In this document: positions 57,147-64,000 of the stretch, piece by piece
Numbering within the stretch: position 1 is the first letter of the stretch
Layout of the letters: each line of letters starts with the position of its first letter
Origin: Candidatus Sigynarchaeum calidifontis
GTDB taxonomy: Archaea > Asgardarchaeota > Lokiarchaeia > Sigyniarchaeales > Sigyniarchaeaceae
Assembly: GCA_030587475.2 (NCBI GenBank)
Contig: JAUQYZ020000078.1
Span: 1-64,000 of the forward strand
Direction of reading: 5' to 3'
Length of the DNA stretch: 64,000 bases
Made by a program: the position numbers and the translations under genes
The notes under the pieces: generated by a model
Database searches by the model: none
The model's input: only the letters and a program-made list of their open reading frames with translations
What the model was told of the DNA's origin: nothing

Positions 57147-58499
57147 TCATTGCCCTTCATGGCTGGCGGGGTGCATTTCATCGCCAGACGGGAGGATCAC
57201 GATGAACTTGCTGCCTTGCGAGTGGTCGCCCTTCACCGCGTTCTCGACCCAGATCTTGCCGCCGCACCGGGCAATGATGCGTTTCACGACTGATAAACCT
57301 ATTCCCAGGCCTTCTTTGCCCCGTTGGCCTTGGATCGAGCGGTCAAAGATCGATTTCTTGCGGGAATCCTCGATGCCGACCCCGTTGTCGACGAACTCTA
57401 TCCGGACACTTTTCTTGCCGTCCACTTTGTCCCGCTTGATAGTTATCTGGATCTTGATAGGATCATTGATATTGTGACGCACCGCGTTGATCAAGATGTT
57501 GTCAAATGCATCGCGGATAAGGTTGCTGGCGCGTGCGTAGATTTTTTCCTCGCTTGAATCCAATAAAATTTCGATGTGCTTTGATGGGAAGCGTCGCTTC
57601 AACAAGCTGGCTGAATCATCGAGATGCTTCACGATGTCCTGCGGCTCGATGGCGAGCCTTGGATCCATGAGCTGCTCGAGTTTTTGACTGTTCTTGATCA
57701 GTTCCGCGCCCCGGGTGATGTTTTCTGAAATAATGTTGAGTGCCTCAGTTATACCCGATACGGGCATTCCCTTGGCGAGCTTGAGCTTCCAAAGATCCAC
57801 GGCGGACGAGATCGCTTGAAGTGCATTGTTCAAGTCATGCACGATCAAGTCCTTGAAAAACCGCACGTCCTGGTAAGCGTTCTGGAGCGCATCATTCGTT
57901 TTTTGGATGCTCTCGATCATGTGGCTGCTTTGCAGCGCGATGGTGGCGATCTCGGCATAGCTCATGGCGATCTCGGCATCTTCCTCCGTGAAGCCGCCGG
58001 GCTTGTTCGCCAGGCCGATCAACCCCTTGGCCTCGCCACCGATCACCATGGGCGCGAACATGACCGTGTCCAGCGCGGCGTGGCCTTCCGGCATGAAGCG
58101 CATCCACTCGGAATCCTTGAACTTGTTGTCGATCGCGGGTTTCTTCGCCTTGTAGGCTTCGGCACGCAGGCCCCTGATCGGCATGGGTAGCGCGGGATCC
58201 ACCGTGCACGGCAGCCCGCCTGCATCTAGATACACGACGCTATTCTCCTTCCCGTCGGGGGTGAGTAGTGCAACATAACCTGCACGTGCTCCAGTGGCTT
58301 GCTTGCACGCGTGGAAGATCATCTTGGCGGTGCTCTCGAACGAACCGAGCTGGTAAATGGCAGTGGATACCGCGCTGATCGAGCTGTTCCTCAATTGGAT
58401 GTGCATCCTATAATGCTCTAACTGTTTCTTGAGGTCATCAATTTCTCGCATCAAGCCCGCGATGACTTCGTTGTCGGGTGGTTGATCCTTGCCAATCAT
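57147..58499 (-). CDS. Soluble GAF-domain sensor histidine kinase
   Basis: GAF (GLIGLANKPGGFTEED), H-box HDLNN, N-box NILINA, DNGVGI, GLGIGL. Confidence 0.92.
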   Translation of the reverse strand: MIGKDQPPDNEVIAGLMREIDDLKKQLEHYRMHIQLRNSSISAVSTAIYQLGSFESTAKMIFHACKQATGARAGYVALLTPDGKENSVVYLDAGGLPCTVDPALPMPIRGLRAEAYKAKKPAIDNKFKDSEWMRFMPEGHAALDTVMFAPMVIGGEAKGLIGLANKPGGFTEEDAEIAMSYAEIATIALQSSHMIESIQKTNDALQNAYQDVRFFKDLIVHDLNNALQAISSAVDLWKLKLAKGMPVSGITEALNIISENITRGAELIKNSQKLEQLMDPRLAIEPQDIVKHLDDSASLLKRRFPSKHIEILLDSSEEKIYARASNLIRDAFDNILINAVRHNINDPIKIQITIKRDKVDGKKSVRIEFVDNGVGIEDSRKKSIFDRSIQGQRGKEGLGIGLSVVKRIIARCGGKIWVENAVKGDHSQGSKFIVILPSGDEMHPASHEGQ

Positions 58500-58503
58500 G
58501 AGT

Positions 58504-58897
58504 CTAAAGCCCCGAATCTCTCTTGATCCTTGCCCGCGTGTCGCCCGCGATAGGTATTGCTTCGTTCTTGTTATTCACGTTTACATGTTTTATTTTAGCA
58601 ATTGCACACGAGAGCAGAGCTCGTCATGTCGACGGCGTCCATCTCGATCGTGATGCTCGTGTGCCCCACGTCTTTCAAGGTACCCATCATGTCGATAATG
58701 TCTCGTTCATGTACCGGTAGCTTGAACACGATCTCGATCACCTTGACGGTCGCGACGTGGCCTCGTAATTGCTTGTAGGCATAAATGCCACCTGCCTCGT
58801 CCAGCCATTCCAGCATCCTGCCTCCGAAAAGGTTCCCGTTCACGCCCAAGTCGAAGGTCTTGCATAGCTTCGAGACGATGAGCTCTTTTTTCGCCAC
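58504..58897 (-). pseudogene. Acyl-CoA thioesterase (HotDog fold) with a +1 frameshift near 58598
   Basis: GNLFGGRMLEWLDEAG. The frame stops at VCNC*, but the shifted frame continues KIKHVNVNNKNEAIPI... to TAG 58504. Total span is 394 nt (3n+1). Confidence 0.75.
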
Positions 58898-59031
58898 GTG
58901 TCTTGTCTTAGAAAGGGTATGCACTAGCATTTATGCCTAACTCATTAATTAACAAGCTTACTGATATTCATTGTAAGTATCATGTGAAAATTGCGTGGAT
59001 CTCGTGCCACGAAAGTTAAGCAGTGATCAAC

Positions 59032-59634
59032 ATGGATATCCAGAAACGAGCGAACGAGATCTTGAAGATCCAGCAACTTGCGGTGCAAAACATGGTCATC
59101 ACGCCCGCGATGCTTCAAGCGATCGAAAAGATCGCGAGCATGAGGAAGTCTAGCGGAAGAATCGTCACGGCGGGCATGGGCAAGGCGGGCATCATCGCTA
59201 CCAAGATGAGCGCGACGCTTGCCAGCATCGGCTTGCCCTCTTTCTTCGTCAACGCTGCCGAGGCCGCGCATGGCGACGTGGGGCGCATCGCGCCCGAGGA
59301 CCTCGTGATCGTGTTTTCCCACTCGGGCAGCACGAGCGAAGTGGTCGCCATGATCGAGACGCTGCACGCGCTGAACGGCAAGCAGAACGTGGTGATCGTC
59401 ATCGGCGGTGCAGACAAGCCGAAGATTCCCGCTAGCATCGTCGTAAGTTATGGTGCCATCCAGGAATCTTGCATCGTTTCCAAGGTGCCATCCACGTCGA
59501 CGACCTTGATGCTTGTCATCGCCGACGTGCTTGCCATCACGGCCGCGGAGAGCCTGGGCCTCGATGACAACTGGTTCAAGGCCAGGCACCCGGGCGGCGC
59601 TATCGGTCAAGCTTACAGGGCCGAAAAGAAATAG
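59032..59634 (+). CDS. SIS-domain sugar-phosphate isomerase, KpsF/GutQ-like, without CBS domains
   Basis: GMGKAG, EAAHGDVG, SHSGST.E, PSTST, HPGG.IG. Confidence 0.85.
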   Translation: MDIQKRANEILKIQQLAVQNMVITPAMLQAIEKIASMRKSSGRIVTAGMGKAGIIATKMSATLASIGLPSFFVNAAEAAHGDVGRIAPEDLVIVFSHSGSTSEVVAMIETLHALNGKQNVVIVIGGADKPKIPASIVVSYGAIQESCIVSKVPSTSTTLMLVIADVLAITAAESLGLDDNWFKARHPGGAIGQAYRAEKK

Positions 59635-59770
59635 TACAAGCGCGGGCCTTCGTTGATTCCACGGTGGCCTATTTATTTCCTTCACGGCTTGCAACATGAC
59701 CAGTTCTTCTCCTTTGGAAGCGGTGATGATCCTTCCTGTCGGGTTCGCAGTGCCATCCCATCATGCCGGC

Positions 59771-60412
59771 TCATTTTAATATCTTGCCGGTTTCCATGAA
59801 CCAGAGGTACAAGTCCAGCTCACCCAAATTCAAATCCGCTTTGCCCGCGATGCCCCGCAATATCCCCTCTATCTCGAGATATTTCTTCTTGCTGAGTGCT
59901 TTCGGTTTCTCGACGAGCCCGTGTGCCGAGAGCAAGTTAATGATGTGAAAATCGATAATTGCCACGTTTTCGTAGCCGACATTACGCATGAAGTGGCTAC
60001 TTTCCTTGTATCCGAACCCATCGATGTGCCCGACGAGCCATTCCCGCAGCGCTTGCTGTTCGTCGCCGAATGAGTCCAATATTTGCTTCAAGGTCTCGCG
60101 ATACCGACATGCGCTCGCGAGGAACCGTCCCTTGTTGTTATAAAACCTGCCGCCATTTTCTTTGAGCAAGATAGTGAAGTCCTCTGGGCAAGAACACGTG
60201 AGAAATTTCTCGCCAATGGCAGCGTGGATTTTTAAGCTCGCTTCGGCCCCGCAATTGCCCGTCAAGATGCAAAAGCATAATTCCTTGAAATTATCGTGAC
60301 TCGACCTTGTCCGGAACGATTTAAACTCGGCCATGCGCTGGTTGATTACGTTCTTCGTGTTAGACCGCTTCAAGGCCTCGATCTTGTCCAGCAGCTCGGT
60401 TTCACCAGGCAT
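59771..60412 (-). CDS. ogg: 8-oxoguanine DNA glycosylase/AP lyase (archaeal-type Ogg)
   Basis: ELCFCILT, GFGYKESSHFMRNVG, AIIDFHI, LDLYLW..ETG.ILK. Confidence 0.9.
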   Translation of the reverse strand: MPGETELLDKIEALKRSNTKNVINQRMAEFKSFRTRSSHDNFKELCFCILTGNCGAEASLKIHAAIGEKFLTCSCPEDFTILLKENGGRFYNNKGRFLASACRYRETLKQILDSFGDEQQALREWLVGHIDGFGYKESSHFMRNVGYENVAIIDFHIINLLSAHGLVEKPKALSKKKYLEIEGILRGIAGKADLNLGELDLYLWFMETGKILK

Positions 60413-60485
60413 CGGGTCGAGGAGCTGGCGGGGGCTGTAAAACATGTCGCCTTTCAAAAAAAAGATCTTGGGCGGCACGGTGGCA

Positions 60486-60773
60486 CTAAGGAGGCGAGCT
60501 GGACCGCTTTGCTGCCCTCCGCCTCAACAAGTAAGCCAGGATGCAGCTGAACGCTATCGATATCGAGCCAACGACCAAGAGGACGTACAACCCGGTAACC
60601 ACGTCCGGTTCTTTGCCGAGCACTGCCAGATGGAATTTCACGATCGACGTGATGAAAGCATCGAGAATGATGAACATCGCGACGGTTGCCGCGATGACGA
60701 TGAGGTTGTCCCTGTTGGAGCCCCGGTCCCGCGTTTCTGCCAGTCCTGCCGGTTCTGCCGTGCCCGTGTTCAT
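60486..60773 (-). CDS. Small two-TM membrane protein
   Basis: ATGA overlap with the upstream gene; two hydrophobic helices and a basic tail. Confidence 0.6.
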   Translation of the reverse strand: MNTGTAEPAGLAETRDRGSNRDNLIVIAATVAMFIILDAFITSIVKFHLAVLGKEPDVVTGLYVLLVVGSISIAFSCILAYLLRRRAAKRSSSPP

Positions 60774-61792
60774 ATGTAACACGCCTTGTCGATGCTCTGG
60801 ATCCATGGCTTAACCGTCTTCACGAGCCCGGGGAAAAACTTCTGGCACTCGGCGATCGCGCACAAAGCGCCCGTGAGCTTGTGGGTATTCCGGTAATTCT
60901 TGAAGACGAAGTCCTTGTCGTTCAATTGCTTTTCTGCCGTGGCAAGAGCTTTGGATATTGCGGCCTGCACGTCGTCCCTCCGGTATCCGCCGGCGTTGCG
61001 GGAGGAACGGGTCAAGGAATATATTCCATCAAGGTCCCTGCAATAGATCGGCCCTGGCCCCCATAAGCCGTTGTCTGATTTCTGGAAACGCAGGGTCCAG
61101 TCGACTACCTTCTCGGGATACGGCCATTTCTTGCCCATGTACTCGTACACGTAATACATGTGGAATGCGCCGAACATGTCATGCGGATGCGGCTTCCTCG
61201 CGAGGATCTTGTGTCGCCAACCCCTGCGCCAGAAACCCGTTTCGGGATCGGCCTCTTTATCGAACCACGCGAAGTACCAGTCGAAGAATGCCTTCGTGCC
61301 CTCGCCGGTCATGGCAAGGGTGGCCGGCACGCCCGACCAGACATGGGAGCCGCTCCATATCAAGCTCCATTCCGCGCGACGCCATTGCCTGGTCCAGGCG
61401 AGCATGGCTTTCTCGTCCTTGATGATGGCGTCTTTCCAAGCCATGGGGTACGCGGGCTTCCGGCCGATGAGGTGCAAGGCGCACGTGCAATAGGCCGTCG
61501 TGTGTTCCCAGAAGTGAGCCTTGGCATAATCTTTGTAATATTTGCCGGTAGCGGGATCCTGGAACCGGTTGATGGTCGCGGCCCAATCGTCCTTTTGTCC
61601 CTCCGTGAGCCCGTCGAGCTTGTTTATGATGTACATGCTGATGAGCGTGTCGGCCGTGCCATACGAGTCGATGGTGCCACCCGGAGCAAAGCTGTAATCG
61701 CCGATGCCAGGGCCGACTTTATATTGCTTGAGCCATTCGGGGAATATCTTTTCCTGGAAGGTGGTGAAGTCGAATTGCTTGGCCGGCGTCAT
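60770..61792 (-). CDS. Prenyltransferase/terpenoid-cyclase-like alpha/alpha toroid protein
   Basis: QW-like repeats RFQDPATGKY, DPETGFW, RFQKSDNGLW. Confidence 0.55.
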   Translation of the reverse strand: MTPAKQFDFTTFQEKIFPEWLKQYKVGPGIGDYSFAPGGTIDSYGTADTLISMYIINKLDGLTEGQKDDWAATINRFQDPATGKYYKDYAKAHFWEHTTAYCTCALHLIGRKPAYPMAWKDAIIKDEKAMLAWTRQWRRAEWSLIWSGSHVWSGVPATLAMTGEGTKAFFDWYFAWFDKEADPETGFWRRGWRHKILARKPHPHDMFGAFHMYYVYEYMGKKWPYPEKVVDWTLRFQKSDNGLWGPGPIYCRDLDGIYSLTRSSRNAGGYRRDDVQAAISKALATAEKQLNDKDFVFKNYRNTHKLTGALCAIAECQKFFPGLVKTVKPWIQSIDKACYI

Positions 61793-61884
61793 TCTTCTAC
61801 CACGTGAACCTTGGGTCGGTGGTGTGCTTATATCTATGTCACGTGATTTAGATATGATATAGCCTGGTGACCAAGGTATTCATC

Positions 61885-63621
61885 ATGTCTAAAACCGTTG
61901 AAACCCTCGATTTTTCCAACATCGGTCGCGAGAAGGTGTTGGCCAAGCTCCGGTCCGACGAGTTCGACCTCTTGATCATCGGTGGGGGCGTGACCGGGGC
62001 CGGGATCGCCCGGGACGCTACGATGCGTGGATTCAACGTGGCGCTCGTGGATAAAAACGACTTCGCGTTTGGAACGTCAAGCCGATCGTCCAAGATGGCT
62101 CACGGCGGCGTTCGCTACTTGAACAAGGGAGAATTTGGCCTGGTCAAGGAATCCGAGGCGGAACGGAACTGGCTGCGCAATGATTTCCCGAACCTCGTCC
62201 GGCCGCTCCCGATCGTCGTCCCGAGCTTCGAGGGCGAGAAACTCTCCAAGTTTCTCTTGAAGCTCGTTGTATTTTTCTACAATCTCCTGGACAAGGGAAA
62301 AAACTTCAAGAAAGCATACATCGTCAAGGATCTCGCGAAGATCAAGGAGATGGAGCCGGGACTCACGACGAACGGCCTGCTCGGCTTCGCCGTCATATAC
62401 GACACGAACGTTGACGATGCGCGGCTCACGATCGAGACCATCAAGGAGGCAATCTTCACGGGCAAGTGCGTGGCCGCGAATTATGTCAAGGTCACCCGCT
62501 TGGAGCATGATGCAACAACAGGCAAGTGCTGCGGCGCGTGGGTGATCGATCAGGAGAAACAAGGCGGCGAGTTTCTCGTGAAGGCCAAGATCGTGGTCAA
62601 TGCAACGGGCATCTGGACGGACGACATTCTCCAAAAAAAACCCGCGGGATACCCGCCTCGCGTGATCCGGCCGACGAAGGGTGTCCACATCATTTTCAAG
62701 CAAGAGGATGTTCCTATCAATAGCGGCTTCGGCATCTCGTCGCACATCGACGGTCGCTTCTACTTCGTGTTGCGCCGCGAGAACCACGTGGTCATCGGGA
62801 CGACCGACACGGATTATAAAGACTCCCCGGACGACCCCGTATGCACGAAGGAGGATGCCGAATACTTGCTGTCGACCGTGCGCATCAAGTTCCCTAGTGC
62901 AAAGGCTGATTTTGACCACATCGTCGGCAGCTACGCTGGCGTGCGTCCGCTAGTCGCCCCCCGCGCGAAAAAGGGCAAGGAACCGTCGGAAAGCGCGGTT
63001 TCTCGCGACCACGAGATCATCCACGCCGATGACGACCTGCTCTCGATATGCGGCGGCAAGCTTACCACGTTCCGGGTCATGGCCGAGGATATCATGCTCA
63101 AGGAGGTGCTCCCCCTCGCCCGCAAGCGAATACCTGGTCGGAGGTTCGATGCCACGAAGGGCATCGCTCGCAAGCCTTATCTCATCGGGATGACCCGGCC
63201 TGAATGGGATGCCCACCCGCTCGTCAAGGAATTCGCCGGCAGCGGCAAGCTTGACGGAGAACAGCTGGCGCACCTTCACCGGCAATACGGCAAGGCAGCG
63301 ATTCCCATCCTTGAGATCGCCAAGGATGATGCGAAGCTGCTCGAGCGGCTCGTCCCGTCCGAGAGCACGAAGTACGCGCCGTGGATACTCGCTGAAATCA
63401 AGTACACGGTGCTTCACGATTGTCCAGTCCATCTCGTCGATATCCTCGCCCGACGGCTCGAGTTCCAATGGATGGTACACCCGTCAAAGCAACCCGCGGC
63501 GGCCCGCGTGGTGGCTGCACTCGCCGGGAGCTTGCTCGGCTGGGACAAAACCCGGCAAGAAAAAGAGGTCGAGGACTACATCGCGTACGTGATGAAGAAC
63601 AGCTTTTTTATCTCGAAATAA
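61885..63621 (+). CDS. glpD: FAD-dependent glycerol-3-phosphate dehydrogenase/oxidase
   Basis: IGGGVTG, GTSSRSSK.AHGG.RYL, DDARL, PTKGVH, GTTD, AGVRPL, GGKLTT.R.MAE. Confidence 0.93.
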   Translation: MSKTVETLDFSNIGREKVLAKLRSDEFDLLIIGGGVTGAGIARDATMRGFNVALVDKNDFAFGTSSRSSKMAHGGVRYLNKGEFGLVKESEAERNWLRNDFPNLVRPLPIVVPSFEGEKLSKFLLKLVVFFYNLLDKGKNFKKAYIVKDLAKIKEMEPGLTTNGLLGFAVIYDTNVDDARLTIETIKEAIFTGKCVAANYVKVTRLEHDATTGKCCGAWVIDQEKQGGEFLVKAKIVVNATGIWTDDILQKKPAGYPPRVIRPTKGVHIIFKQEDVPINSGFGISSHIDGRFYFVLRRENHVVIGTTDTDYKDSPDDPVCTKEDAEYLLSTVRIKFPSAKADFDHIVGSYAGVRPLVAPRAKKGKEPSESAVSRDHEIIHADDDLLSICGGKLTTFRVMAEDIMLKEVLPLARKRIPGRRFDATKGIARKPYLIGMTRPEWDAHPLVKEFAGSGKLDGEQLAHLHRQYGKAAIPILEIAKDDAKLLERLVPSESTKYAPWILAEIKYTVLHDCPVHLVDILARRLEFQWMVHPSKQPAAARVVAALAGSLLGWDKTRQEKEVEDYIAYVMKNSFFISK

Positions 63622-63678
63622 TCCTTTTTTCTTTTCCCTTAAGGGAGACGGGGCATTCTCCGTCCTGGGGAATCGCGC

Positions 63679-64000
63679 ATGAACGGCCGCCTCTTGACTT
63701 TCCATGTCTCGTATTTCTCGGTCTTATTTGCACGGGCATTGATCCACGCGTATTTACCATTGTCCTTGTTGCAATACACGAACGCATCGATGTTCATCGT
63801 CGGGCTCAATTATGCGATCCCTTACATCTCGCAGCTCACGACCATGGTATATTTCGGCAAGGTACTAGACAACGGGACATCATCGAGGCGCTATGACTTC
63901 CTGGTCATCCTCGGTTTCTCGGCATTGGCCATGCAGTTCGTTCTTTTTTATATCATGGGAAACGGGAGCCCAGATGCCGTGATTTTCCTTGTCGTTTCGA
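63679..64000 (+). CDS. MFS transporter, 5' part (runs off the window)
   Basis: Manual translation MNGRLLTFHVSYFSVLFARALIHAYLPL...VG...FGKVLD..., with an MFS motif-A-like GxxxD. Confidence 0.6.
   Translation, partial: MNGRLLTFHVSYFSVLFARALIHAYLPLSLLQYTNASMFIVGLNYAIPYISQLTTMVYFGKVLDNGTSSRRYDFLVILGFSALAMQFVLFYIMGNGSPDAVIFLVVS

Noticed and set aside
58945-59697. Long antisense and alternate-frame ORFs (also 53380-54327, 50858-51721, 41625-42473, 22348-23181, 62077-62919)
   Set aside because: They are shadows of well-supported genes, expected with GC-rich third codon positions, and carry no motifs of their own.
59635-59770. Short open frames between the SIS and ogg genes
   Set aside because: About 30 codons with no recognisable motif or start context; treated as intergenic.
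1-64000. CRISPR array, tRNA/rRNA, IS or integrase, prophage
   Set aside because: I saw no regularly spaced repeats, cloverleafs, or transposase/integrase/capsid motifs by eye; short elements could have been missed.
1-64000. Selenocysteine or stop-codon read-through
   Set aside because: No recognised protein is cut by an in-frame TGA at a catalytic Cys position; the one truncated gene (thioesterase) is explained by a frameshift.

Overview
Gene-dense archaeal chromosomal window of moderate-to-high GC. It most likely comes from an Asgard archaeon of the Lokiarchaeia/Sigynarchaeota type. This is an inference from the archaeal rpoD-rpl18e-rpl13-rps9 genes, an archaeal-type GlyA, and several proteins with eukaryote-like architectures. 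It holds about 48 CDS. I recognised no rRNA, tRNA, CRISPR array or transposase. Three themes stand out. (1) Carbohydrate use: FucI, two GH63-like enzymes, GH39-like, GH18, GH113, sulfatases and a SIS isomerase. Three glycosidases are coupled to 12-TM (6+6, permease-like) membrane domains, two as fusions and one as a split, translationally coupled pair. This is a candidate 'cut-and-import' system. (2) Candidate eukaryotic-signature proteins: a tandem CLN6-like pair, a pseudo-Rab GTPase-longin fusion, a beta-helix/TM/C4C4-RING receptor-like protein, an alpha-SNAP-like-Ig protein, an SSUH2-like Zn-finger protein, a GK5-type glycerol kinase, and NIPA-, Tubby/scramblase- and PH-like proteins. (3) A long structured leader upstream of glyA that matches no riboswitch I know. 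Family assignments rest on motifs read by eye and on family sequences recalled from memory; no searches were run.
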